Source: Botryllus schlosseri (taxonomy: Eukaryota). Taken from it: 64,000 bases of DNA. The DNA is taken from assembly GCA_051294905.1 (NCBI GenBank), contig CM119371.1, positions 33,916,001 to 33,980,000 of the forward strand, in the 5' to 3' direction. Within the stretch, counting starts at the first letter, position 1; the number at the start of each line of letters is the position of its first letter. Under the pieces are notes generated by a model, which was not told where the DNA came from, ran no database searches, and worked only from the letters and a program-made list of their open reading frames with translations. Shown one piece after another: positions 1 to 13,091 of the stretch. The position numbers were made by a program, and so were the translations under genes.

Positions 1-542
1 TACACCGGCATAATTTACTTGCCAATTCGTTTTGAATTAAATTACCGCAAATGTGATTAATATGTAGTAGATAATGTGGTGTGTGTGTGTGTACGCAGCC
101 GTGATCAGGTTATCCCCAGTCGTAGAAAACAGGTTATTATATCAGGATATTCTTTTAATGTAGGATCTACATTCTACTCACCATGTTTAAAGGTTGTAGC
201 ATCTGCATAATATTTACATTATTGAAGGACATGGAAAAGACATTGAATTGAGTCGACACAAAATCCCCCTTTCTACGACCTGCCGAGATCTAATATCTAC
301 TATATCAGGCTCGGCTTTCTACATCTTTGGTCTGTACTGTGTTTACTGGGCTTTTACGATGCGTATCCCAATCAGCATTCCTAGGAATCTTCAACGATCG
401 TGTCCACTTTCTTCAAGTACAAGCTTCGCTCCACCCTTAGCTCAAATCTCAATAATGGCCAGACGACGATACGACACTCTAACGATTTCGAAATAAGTGG
501 TATTCATCCGCTGATATGCCACCAATAATATTTACTGGCCAC

Positions 543-1604
543 CAGAGGTATCAACATTTAATATTCATAATAGTAAAGTAAAGCCCAGAAATTTTGTTGC
601 GCTTCGCGCCTAGATAGTTATGGAGTGACATATATGTTTTCACGAAAGTATCAGTGAATATAATTTAAGTAACGGATTGCTAATGGTTCCGCTCACACCG
701 CATTGTCGTCCATATCAAATATTTCATCCCAGTAAATATGGCCCACCGTAACGTTTGAAACTACCGTTTCGCAATCCAGCAATTACTTATCCTATCGTTA
801 TCTAGCAGCCCATTACGTGTCTTGTTAATCTGGAAAATCCAGCTTTTTGGAACGTTACACCTGTTTTAGCAGATCACCTTTGAAGCTTCATGGACAAAAG
901 ACATGAAATATACTCCCCGCCATTTAGAAGTGGTATTTGTATTTCACTCTCAATTCCGAGTATGATACTTGGAGTATCATACTTTGAGTTCTAATTACTT
1001 TCAATTCCTTTGTTTGCAGAGCATACATGTTGAAGCTAAAAGCAACTGTAGTAATGCCTCTATTTTCCGAAAATAAAGCTACACTAAACATAAATTTTAC
1101 GATTCACAATATTTGTTATTAACGTGTCGCGCAAAGTGTTGAAACCGTATCCGATACAACTTCTCCGTATTGCTCTTCGCCTAAGCTTAGGGCCTTATAA
1201 TACGGGGTAGGGTGCCATGCCATGATATTCTCTAAAACGCGGTCTTCTTGTGAATAAAGGGTTAGTATCGCAATTTCATATCAATGCCATAATTTGCATC
1301 CCATGATGTAAAGAAAGGCTTATTCTGTCGAAAATTGATACCTCCCGGGATGCATCAATACAAATCAAGCTCTCCTAACCTTCCGCATAGCTCAATTTGC
1401 AGGTTTTAACAGTCAATGCGAGCGAATTAAGACTGTTTTCCAAACTACTTACTTACTTGAGTAGATTTAAAGTCGGTCAATTCTACTTCTACTTCAAGTA
1501 GTTTTAGGTGGCTTATGAAAGAAGTACTTCTAATCGTACTTGAGTAGATTTTTTCGTCACTACTTGTACTTGAGTAGCTTTCTTGACTACTTTGACCACC
1601 TCTG
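543..1604. mobile_element. hAT-type MITE
   Basis: CAGAGGT...ACCTCTG ends and 8-bp TSD ctggccac (535-542, 1605-1612). A second, truncated copy lies at 41622-42508. Confidence 0.85.
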
Positions 1605-2039
1605 CTGGCCACTGCGTTATAATGTTTGATTTAGGTCGTTTTTTACTGGGAAATCTCTGTAAATTTTGCAACGAATTACCGGTAGCTGCCAATAACTGTG
1701 CGTAGCTTGTAATTTTACATTTTGATATGTAATATTACCTCAATTTAGCTCTAAAGTCAAGTTACCAGAATTTCTTCGAAAAATTACTGACAGTTACTCG
1801 TTGCTGAAGTTTACCAGGCTATTGGCAAAATTGATTAGCTTGAAAATCCCTGCAGCCAATGTATACATGGAACTGAATGTTACTGATATCATTCTCGTGG
1901 TGATTTGACCTGATTCAACCGCGTTCGCGAGACTGGGGTCTGTCATACCGAAACTGTTGGCCCTAGTACCAATTTCAGTATAGTACATAGTAGGGTAAAA
2001 GAAACAACTGACAATCGTACATAGCCACTATATTATAAG

Positions 2040-4584
2040 TAGTGCTGGGCACAATGATTCGAGTACTCGAATCTGAATCGAGTATTTATTTCAATGATTC
2101 GAGTCGAGTAGTAAAAGATGATTTTTTCGAGTACTTACAAGTGCGCCCCCTTGCGACTGAAAATATTTCCATTATCTATCGGTCGAAATTTGTCATTAGG
2201 CAGGCAGCAATAACAAGTGTCAACACAGAAATCTTCCAGTATGTTAATAATATAATTTATTATCCATGTAAAGATGAGGTTATACACCTTAAAACATTTC
2301 TTAATTCACGGTCTCTGACTGCTCCGTAATCATTATGACGCAATAATGTGGAACGTTGCAATCCGTTTTTGTGAGCGTGAGCCTGGTATACCGTGGCTGT
2401 AATTTATACCGGTTGAGAAATTACACAAGCGTGTTTAGTACAGCAATGAGCAAAGCCCCGAAAGGAAGGAAGTCAGCGGCGTGGCAATACTTTGGTTCGC
2501 CTGTCGACGAAGGAAGCGATGGTCGGAAGGTAGCTTGTATACTTTGCAAACAAAAGCTATCTTTTCTCGATAGCACCACCAACCTACTGAGGCACATAAA
2601 AAGCAAGCATCCTACCGTAGATTTGAACAGAAGATCGTACGTAGAACGTGAAAATCTCAACACTGGACCTTCTACGTCCACATCAAGTCCGAAGCAGCTT
2701 AAATTGGATTTTTCTTTCATGACCCCTTCTAGGCAAGAGCATATTACCCAAAAGATTGTCAAATTTATTGTGGGTGATTTAAGGCCACTCTCTGTTATTG
2801 AGGGGAAAATTTCCAAAATTTGATTTCAAGCCTGGAACCTAAGTATAGCATACCATCAAGACGTACTTTTGCACGGCGCATAGAAGATCTATTTGTTGCC
2901 TCGAAAAGTAACCTGCAACATTCACTTGCCACAGTAACACATCTTGCACTGACATTTGATGCATGGACCAGTATCAATATGGAGTCGTTCTTGGCTGTTA
3001 CAGGACATTTCATTGATGAAAAGTTTTCCCTGCAATCATGGTTGCTGAGCTGTAAATTGCTAGATGATCGTCACACTGCTGTGAACATCTCAAGTTGGGT
3101 TGAACAGATATTAGCCGAAGTCAATGTGAAGGTATCAGCAGTTACTTGTACAGTGAGTGACAATGGCTCAAACATGAAGTCAGCAAAAGACATGTTACAA
3201 AAAAAGCATGGTTGGTGCAGTCTAGGTTGCTCATCGCACTTAATACAACTTTGTATCACACATGCTTTGGCAATCTCCTCAATTCAACAGTGCCTAGCTG
3301 ACGTTAGAAGACTTGTAGCTCATTTCAAAAGATCGGAGGTAGCAACATCATTACTAAAGCAGAAATGCGAGGAGATGAAAGTGGAGTTCCGAAAGCTTGT
3401 GATGGAAGTGGCAACCAGGTGGAACAGCACCTACTACATGTTGCGGAGATTATTTGATATGCAGTGGCCAGTAATAGCTGTATTGAACGAGCAACAATCC
3501 CAAACTAGTAAATACATGCTGAAACAATCGGACTGGATTATGATGAAGCAACTGACTGACATATTGGAACCTTTTGCTGAAGCCACTGAGATCTTGGGTG
3601 CTGAAAGGCAAGTTTCAATATCACTCAGAAATCCGTATATTACATCATTGAAGAAACATGTTTGGGATGCATCATCAGAAGCTAGCGGACCGATGAAAGA
3701 GTTTTGCAAAAAACTGGGAGAGCAAATGTCTGCACGATTTCTTGAAATGCCTGTAGACGGTGACATTACTTGGAAAGCGACCGCACTTGATCCAAGATAT
3801 AAGGTCAAAGGACTTGACTCCACACAATCGGCTAAACTTCGCGGTTTGCTTGAGTGTGAACTGCTGCAGGATGTAGTGGGCAAGGAAAAAAATGCTACTG
3901 TTATTACCAAAGCTACTCCCACAACTAACAGTGGTCCAAGTAAAAGCTCTTCATTGAATAAGCTGCTTGACGCAGTTTATGATTCCAGTGAGTCAAGTGA
4001 CAGCTCTAGCGACACCGATGTTAATTTAATTCATGATGAGCTTGAGAAATACTTCTGTGAAAAAAGGCTCACACAGGATCAGAATCCTCTGAACTGGTGG
4101 AAAGAGAATACAGCCAAGTATCCAAACATTGTAAACCTAGCATTGAAATATCTGAGTGTGCCAGCTACTTCTACTCCATCAGAAAGAGTATTTTCAACAG
4201 CTGGGAATACAGCATCTGCATTAAGATCTAGCCTCACAGGGAGGCACGTGGAAGCTCTCGTCTTTCTGAAATGCAACGGTTTATACTAACTAATTGACAA
4301 GTCCATTTTTAATTGCATGTGTATGGTGTATCCTACATTTTGAATGGCCTGTGTACAAGTAACTGTACAATATTTCAAATGACCACATATGGCAATGTCA
4401 TTTTCACATCAGTTGGTCATAAATTTTCTTTTGTACTAATAGAAAATGTGGAAATGGGACTGATTTCTGTTTGTTTTGAACATAGGACCGCTTTTTGAGT
4501 GCTACTCGAATACTCGACTCGACTCGAAGGTTTATGCTCGATTCAGAATCGAATCAGCTAGGTACTCGATTTTGCCCAGCCCTA
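2040..4584 (+). mobile_element. hAT DNA transposon (Ac/ZBED1-like)
   Basis: TIRs tagtgctgggca / tgcccagcccta, 8-bp TSD attataag (2032-2039, 4585-4592), subterminal tcgagt/actcga repeats. Confidence 0.93.
2446..4289 (+). pseudogene. BED-finger hAT transposase with one frameshift at ~2803
   Basis: BED finger (AWQYF...CILC...HIKSKH), DAWTS, SDNGSNM, CSSH, TRWNSTY, ALDPRYK and the dimerisation motif LSVPATSTPSERVFS. ORFs 2356-2823 and 2820-4289 join at a G-run. Confidence 0.92.
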
Positions 4585-7500
4585 ATTATAAGGCTAGGCT
4601 ATACGGCCAGTCTCGCTGGTTACATTCGTTGTCACGGATAGGACTGATGAGTTAAAATATCAGTTTAGGATGTATAATATTGTTCGGGAAACTAAAATTA
4701 TCAGCACCGCATGCTAAGTTGACTATTTGTTAATGGCGAACAAGGCGATCCGTAATAGGTTACATTAAGTTACCGCTACGCGTTACTGCTTTTCCATAGA
4801 TTCGTAGTAAACAACCAACGCACAACTGTGACATCACAAGTAGCGTCTGGTTAAGTAAGTACGGTAAGTAGTAACAACACATGGAATAAATATCAATTTA
4901 TACGCAATTAAATGGAAAAGAAAGGGACTAGATGTAATTATAAATATTTCTGTATGAAAAAACGACCTAAATCAAACATTATAACGCAGTGGCCAGTAAA
5001 TATTATCGGTGGCATGTCAGCGGATGAATACCACTTATTTCGAAATCGTTAGAGTGTCGTATCATGGAAAACTGAATGGGATAGAACGGTAACTGCGTGG
5101 CCTGTCAATCATTTCCGGTCGGGTGATAGTGACCTCACGAGTTGAGCAAATTCGCGCCAGTCACAAAACCTTAGCATTGAGAAAGTTTCTGTTTTCTGTT
5201 AGTGATCTTTTGTGGCATTTGACCTTATAGTAGGTGTTTTGCAGATATGTATTAGTGATTCATTACAACTATCGAATATTGGAAATGCCTGCAAACAGTT
5301 GTGCCTTCCCTGGTTGTAATACTAGTCGGAAAAATTATAATTCAGTACTGTCATGGGATCTGTCTAATTATTATAATAAATATTTTAATGTATACTCATT
5401 TATGCAGTATATCTATTGAAATTATGGCCTCGAAAGTCGTGATGTTGTTGAGGAATGGTACGATATTCCTCCGGAAATTGTTAATGAACTTCTCTTCAAG
5501 GACTTTTATCGAAGCAAGGACACCATATATGTTCCAAATATTATACAGCAACCAGTTGATCTTGCACCGTTGCTGCGCTCCATTTGACCGTATATCTATG
5601 TGTTTTGCAGATCTGTATTGGTGATTAATTACAACAATTGAATATCGGAAATGCCTACAAACCGTTGTGCCGTCCCTGGTTGTAATACTAGTCGGAAGAA
5701 TAGTAATTCAGCACTCTTTATCATTTACAGGGTGGATCTCGCGAAGAACGAACAGGAAAAGCAGCACCGATCGCAACTACGTCGTTTTATATTGTCAATG
5801 CGTGATTTCTACTGATAGAAGAGATAATATAATCAGTCAGCTCGATAGAGAATCGTGAGTTACGGTATTTACATTGTTTTAACAGAATATGATCTACCAT
5901 ATATCTATTGGTGGTATGGGAGGTGTACGGCTATATTGCCGGCATGATATCAAAGCTGGTAGCTGTAATCCTGTGACTGATAGGCTCCGTTGTTACTGGC
6001 ATCATGCTATGATTCTTTTATGGACGATTTATTGTGTTTTCAAGAGCCCAAATATGTGATCGACATTTCCGGCCAGAAGATATTATAGCGGCAGGTGCTT
6101 CTGGAAAACGTCGGCTGAAGTTAGGAGCGACACCTTGCCTCAATTTGCCTAAAAAGTCTGCATCATTCTCTTCCCCGCCAAGGAAAGAGCCAGCGCCCAG
6201 AAACGCAGTTGATAAAAAACTATATTATCAAAATGTTGCACGGTTAAAAAAGGACGCATCTCATATTCAAGGTAGGTCAAATTTAGAATAAAGTTGAATG
6301 CTAATTTGTGATTCAATCACTCTTCAATAGGTGGCTGGGTATCATATGAGAAGAAAGGAGAGCTTCATCTTGATTTGGAGGAAGCTGGTCATATTCAACC
6401 TAAAATTAGGTCAGTTTTGAATTTACCAGACTAAAACCTGCATACTTCTACAAATAAGGAAATTACCAAAATTCCTGAGCTACTCTGAAATACAAATTTA
6501 TAAATTGCAAACAGCCCGCACTTTTTGCAATGCTGTACGAGTAGGGAGTAGCCTACTTGGTTGAAGCGCATTATAGATTCTATACCAATTTGTATATTTA
6601 TTTTGAAAATGTAACGAGCTTATGCCAACTCTGATTACTTTTGTCTTACAGAATAGTGTTTGCCGATGACGCTAGTATGAAATCAATATCTTTTTTTGGA
6701 TGGCCAGCATCTATTGCAACTTGTCTCGATGTTGACCATTGTTACCAAATGTTGAAGACTACTTTGGGTAAATTTGGATCTTTGTAGGCGATATAAATTT
6801 CTCATTTTAATTCATTGTGGTTTCAGAGAATTAGCAAAGCCTGAGACCATGTGATGGTATTCATTCAAGTAGTGACAGCAGTGTGAACCGTCATGCTATA
6901 CTGAGTTGGGATGAAGGGAGTATGTCAGTACAAGACAGTTTTAGGGCCCCCAGTTGCAATGTCATTGGTAAAATAGCATCCAATTTAAATTGTTTTATAT
7001 TTCGATTATTATCTTTAGAGCAGTTTCAGGTGATAGTCCATTCTCCAATTGTGTGAAGTGTTTGGATTATGACAGAGCACGAGACAGTTGGTTGAATGAA
7101 GTGAAGTTGTTCATGGAGGGGTTGCAGAAGAGGATAAGATGATTAGCATAGATGAGGAAATTTATACTGCAGTTATGGTGTGTTCCTAGTACCGTCATGT
7201 GAATTTGGATGTTGTTAAAGGCTAGAACAAACATTTTTGATGAGGATATTATATCTGATTAGATTGCAACAATTGGTTAACCTAGTAGTCTCGCTAATAA
7301 TGTGTGTCATATCTTTTGCAGGGTGTTTGTGAACACTCCAAGTTGAACGACTGGCAAAAACTATTTTTTGACGAACAAAAAAAAATTCTGTACGCACCCC
7401 ACAGGGAAGACGTTTTCATCCAGACATAATCCGTTGGGCAATTGAATTTTACTCTCGGTCTCCTGCGGCATATGAACATGTCACTGCGAGTGAAGTCTTG

Positions 7501-8670
7501 ACTCTTCCTTCACGCCGGAGTATCAGACTTTACAGGTAACAATGACTCGTTTTTCAATAACTAGGGGTGTATTGATTTTGGTTAATTTGATAGGAACGCC
7601 ATCACCCCACAGCCTGGCATATGCCCCCTTGCCGTGGAAGAACTGCAGCGAGTTAAGAAAACTGGAGTCAGACTGATGGGATATGTTACCTTGGATGAAA
7701 TGAAGAGTAAGATAACACATTGTGAGTACATAAGCACTGCTACTTCTTCATATGAAATGTTGCAGTTAAAGAGAATCTTGTTCTGAAAAATGGAAAATTG
7801 GTTGGGCTAGTTGATGCTGGATGTGGCAACGATGCAGAGCTAGCAAGTTCTATTCTCGGCAAGTAATGCTAACTCAGATATGTTTTTTTGCTTATCATGA
7901 ATATTTATTCGAACAGTATTCTATATTCGAACCATCGATCGGAAGATTTCCCAACCTTTTGCCTGGTACTCAACTAAATCAATTAAAGCTTGGAAACTGG
8001 CAAATTTGACATGGCGTGTGATAATGGAGTGTGAATCAAATGGCTTCGAAGTTCATGCTGTTGTTGCTGATGGCCATCCAACCAATCGTAAAATGTTCAA
8101 AATTATGAGCGGTTGTAAGGAAATTCCAATGGGGAAATTGTTCATGGCACCAAACCCAGCTTCCGCAGACAGAAACATTTACTTTTTGTGCGATCCTTCC
8201 CACTTACTCAAGGTAAGCTGGGTTGTTTGACATTAATTCGTGACTCATAAATATGCTGATTTGTATTCTCCATAGACTGTACGAAACTCTCTCTACAATT
8301 CGCGGCCAGGTGGGTCAAAATTTATGTGTTGGAGTGGACAGCATATCCTATGGACATACGTTGAGGACCTCTTCTATAAAGACGCTGCTTCACTTTTGAG
8401 TGAATCGGGACTCACAGAGTCCCATATTCACCTGACGCCTTACACCAAGGTTGGTTTACCTTCAGCTTACGTCGTATAAAATATTTTTAATATAGTCTAT
8501 GGCCCTATTGTCCCTCAGATGAAAGTAGATCTCGCCAGAGGAGTTTTGAATTGGAAAGTCGGAAATTGTCTCTTGAAGATTGCCGGAGCTGGAGGAACTT
8601 CAAAGTTTATTCTTCTTTTATCCAAGTAAATTTCTCTGTTTTCATTTTTTCATTTTTCGTTATTATTGAC

Positions 8671-11473
8671 TGTGTGATTATCTCTTACTACTATCTCTCT
8701 CTCTAGTAGTTTCCCTAAACGCATGAGCGATCTTGTCTTCTTGTTGTTGTGATTGTGCGACGTGCGTGCATGTATATATTAGCACCCACGTCTTGTGAGT
8801 TGTTGGAGCAATAGGGATTAGGCTAGTCGATGCAACTGTTCTTTTGTATTTCAGTTTGATCATTTATTACGGTATTTAACCTATGAATAAATGCAAAGTT
8901 GCACATGATCAAACTTAATACGGATTAACCATGCCGAAGCTTTCTTGCCCAATCCAAGACTGCAATTATGAGACTGAATCCGAAGATACGGCCGGCGCCG
9001 TCACACAGCTCACTATCCATGCTACAATCCACACAACAGGTCCTCATGTCTCGCGTTCGAGACCCTCTGTCATGGAACGACCCGTCATTTCGCGTGGCTC
9101 CACTGCCGAGGAATGGCAAATATTCCACAGAAAATGGGACGATTTTAAAAAAGGGACCGAGATACCCGACAAGCTAATCAAGAGCCACCTTTGGCAATGC
9201 TGCGAGATAACTTTATCGAACGACCTCTTCAAACAAGTCGGTGACCTCAATCAGGTCAGTGAAGGTGATATGCTGAAAGCTATTGAATCCCTAGCAGTTG
9301 TCAAAATCGCCACAAGCATGCGCACCGTTGCTCTATTTTCGGCCAAGCAGGCTCAAGGACAGTCCTCCAGTGCATTTCTAGCCGAGGTGAAAGCGTCTGC
9401 AAGAATTTGCTCATTTCAAATGAATTGCACGAAGCCTGACTGCACCCAAGTCAATGACTTTTCTGATAGAATTGTTAGGCATATTGTCATCGCCGGCCTG
9501 GCTGATGATAAGGTTCAGCGGCAAGTCCTTAGTGTTGCAAATCGCGATGCAAAATCGCTAGACGAAACTGTCCAGATTATTGAAAACAAGGAATTAGCTC
9601 TACGTGCCACCTCCTCCACATTGAGAAATCAGCATGAATCTAGCGTTGCGGCCAGCACTTCTACTGGCACGCCGTTGCCCGATCTCTCTCAAGTCATCAA
9701 ATGTGGCAAATGTGGCAGTGTCATGAAGAAGTATAAATACTTGCATGGGAAGTTTGGTAAGCCGAGGTTGCGCGAGTTTAAACAATGTCTAGCCTGCTGG
9801 AGACAAAGCAACCAATCGGAGACACCTAGTACTGGCACCGCTTCTAGTATCAATGTCGCTTCAGTATCAAACCGTACCAATAACACTGTAGAATCTCATG
9901 CTTCGGAAGTCATATTGGACCACCACATATTCGATGGCACATACGGATGGTTGCTGAAAGACTGCAAGGCACAACCGACCATTGATCTTTTGGTCTCCAC
10001 CCGGCAAGCCGATTATGCCCAGTTCAATATCCAGCGTCCCAAAATATCGCCCAAGAAGATAAAGGCGATATCAGACACTGGTGCACAATCATCCTTGATG
10101 GGATTGAAACTGTTTCGAGCATGCGGCTTCAAGAACCAGCATCTCATCCCGGTAAAGAAACGCTTGGTTGCAGCTAATGATGAGTGTATCCACATCCTGG
10201 GCGCTGTGTTTCTGCGACTTTCGGGTGCAGCAGTTTCTGGCGATGTCATAGAAACCGCTGAGATGGTATACATTACGGATTCTACGAAACTCTTCTACCC
10301 TAGTCGAGATGCCATGCAGAAGTTGGGCATCATTGGGCCCGATTTTCCTCAAATTGGGGCACGGCACTCCTCGCGACATGAGAGTCAACCCTTGAAGGTA
10401 ACCCGCATCAAACATGTAGCTGCCCACGGAGGTCCATGCCTCCTCCACGCCCCCAACAGCTGCCATTCCAGCCTTGTGCGGAGAATGTGGATAAAATGAA
10501 GCAGTGGTTACTTGAGAGGTATGCATCATCCACATTCAACAAGTGCAAACACAGCCCACTACCAACCATGACTGGGCCGCCTATTTCCATTCATATCGAT
10601 CCGTCGGCGACACCGACTGCAGTCCACACACCGGCTGCCATTCCACTTCATTGGAAAGAGGAAATCGAGAAGCAGTTGGAGGCGGACGTAAAATTAGGGG
10701 TGATTGAAAAAGTGGAGCCGAACACGCCAACGACCTGGTGTCATAGGGCCATATGGGTACTCAAGGCAGATGGCAGCCCGAGGAGAGTTGTTGACTTCCA
10801 ATCGCTGAACCGCTTCTGCTCTCGAGAAACACACCATGTTGTGCCTCCTTTCAAAAGCACACTTATTTTCAGCCAACGGTCTCGTCTCCCGGCACAGCTA
10901 CGTCACCTCAAGTCGTTTCGCCACCCGCTCTAAGTGGACAGTCTAATGAGGTAGACCCTGGCTTGCTGAGATCCACCGAATCGAGTGCAGAAGATCATCT
11001 ACCAGTTGAAGTACCGATCGACGACACTAGTGTTGCCGCACCATCTAACGATAGACGCCAGCGCTCAGGCAGAAATGTTACCCCGCCAGTATGGCACAAG
11101 GACTACGTTATTGGAGCACAAATTTTATGTTGATTCCCGCTTCAATCGCCATTAGAGTATTTGGTTAGACGTTCTCTACACGCTGTATTTTAAACTCCTC
11201 ACTCAATGCTCGTTGATTTCGTTAGGAGTTGGGGGGGATGTGTGATTATCTCTTACTACTATCTCTCTCTCTAGTAGTTTCCCTAAACGCATGAGCGATC
11301 TTGTCTTCTTGTTGTTGTGACTGTGCGACGTGCGTGCATGTATATATGAGCACCCACGTCTTGTGAGTTGTTGGAGCAATAGGGATTAGGCTAGTCGATG
11401 CAACTGTTCTTTTGTATTTCAGTTTGATCATTTATTACGGTATTTAAACTATGAATAAATGCAAAGTTGCACA
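8671..11473 (+). mobile_element. Ty3/Gypsy-type (possibly Mag-like) LTR retrotransposon, internally deleted, in an intron of the P transposase
   Basis: 235-bp TG...CA LTRs (8671-8905, 11239-11473; 3 mismatches seen), 5-bp TSD ttgac, polypurine tract 11224-11238. Confidence 0.95.
8931..10933 (+). pseudogene. gag-protease-partial RT of the LTR element
   Basis: Gag-like N-terminus, protease ISDTGAQSS, RT start (LGVIEKV...W...KADGSPRRVVDFQSLN). Frameshift at ~10400. RT core, RNase H and integrase are deleted after ~10855. Confidence 0.88.
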
Positions 11474-13091
11474 TTGACTGTATTCAGGTGGTTTGAAATA
11501 ATCAATTGTGGCTACAAATGTCCGGTAAAAAAAACGACAAACGGCTGACATGGCTTCAGAATGAGTTTGTGACATCGCTGTTGGATTGGGAAGTAAGTAG
11601 CCTACGTCTTGATGAATTTAGCAATTTCATTTAATTTTGTTGAATGTTTCAAGGAGGATGTATCCAAGCATCACAGAGGTGAGAGAAAAAGGATAATAGC
11701 TCGTCCAACTCTTGAAGGACTCATTTTCACTACATTGAATCTGGTCAAATTAGCCGAAATATTTCTTGAAGTAATGCCCTGTATATGGCTCAAGTCCTTT
11801 ACTCAGGACATTCTGGAGGCTTGTTTTGGAAATCTGGTCTGTGTCAATTTCACAGTATGTGGCATAATTTCATCTCTAACGCATCCCTCAACTAACAGAG
11901 AATGCAAGCATATCGATCTCGGCATCATGATGCTTCGCAGGCATACTATGGGCTGCAACACCAGACTCAGCGAAAGTCCATAAAAAAGATCAAAGGGTCC
12001 AATGCCAGTTCCTCCTCCACGCATGGCAGCAGTAACGTTTGGACTACCATCTATGAAGAACCCATCGCCAAGAAGAAGAAAGCGTAGTTCATGATCGTTC
12101 CAGCACAGGGTGAGATAGTTGTAGACTCATTTAATACTAGCATAGATTGAGATATATATGCATACATAATATTTACTTCCTTTTCCACGCATGCATACAT
12201 ATGCATAAATGTGATCATTTTTAGACCAAGGATTGTCACAGTAGCCATGATAGAGATGGTCATCTTGGATGAAGAAGCAGGGTGCTGTCATTCCAAGGTA
12301 CTTTCATTTTTATCAACGTATATTAGTGAAACTGTAATCCTAACGACCTATGTTCCGCCCTGCGTATGGCTTGCTCCGATCCTAACCCTTGTCCAGTCCA
12401 CTGATTTACAACCACACCATGTGCTGCCGTAGATATTTATTTTTCAGATGCAGTTGGAAACGGGCAATATTGACAAGCCGCAAGACCACGGACCATGCAA
12501 CGATGGATGATGAAATCGGATGAATATCTCCAAACTGTCACTGACATCAAACCCATTTTCTAGGTATGAAATGGTCATGGCGACCCGGAGATCTTTCATT
12601 TTAACCGTGTTTACACTTTGGTCTCCACGGTGTCTTCATGCACCAAGCAGTCACTTCCAGTTGTGCCCCGGATAGTTTTGCATAACTGGCTAACATCTAG
12701 CAAATGGTCAATACCACAAATAACTGTTGAAATGTGTTCATTTCTTGAAAGGATTGCATGAAGTGAGATATAATAGCAGTTCCGGAATGTAGTAATATTG
12801 TGCCCTCCATTTCGTGTGGTAGAGGGTTAGCTGATATACGCATCGTCATTGAACGGTCATACTTGTAATAACGTTTCTTTCAATGACCTGCGATGTTAAA
12901 TGTTAGCACCGGAGAGGGAGGGAGTCAGCGGTGCAGGCAGAACGTGTAACCTGAAAAATAATGCATAGCGTATTAGAAAGCATCAATGGCACTGGTGCTT
13001 ATCTTAGGTCATATTCATAGAAACTAGATGGGAAGTAATTAAAAGGCGAGATACATGCTAATAACTATGAAATTGCAAACAAAACAATTCA

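Larger units (their letters stand above)
5651..12087 (+). pseudogene. Multi-exon THAP-domain P-element (THAP9-like) transposase lacking the usual C-terminal domain; at least one frameshift in exon 1
   Basis: MPTNRCAVPGC...ICDRHF...LKLGATP (THAP), GYVTLDEMK (~7680-7707), VVADGHPTNRKMF, FLCDPSHLLK, TVRNSL, KMKVDLA, FTQDILEACFGNL (~11800-11835). Short GT-AG introns. Ends IAKKKKA*. Confidence 0.88.

Noticed and set aside
8678..11431. Two identical 61-aa - strand ORFs
   Set aside because: Incidental frames in the two LTRs.
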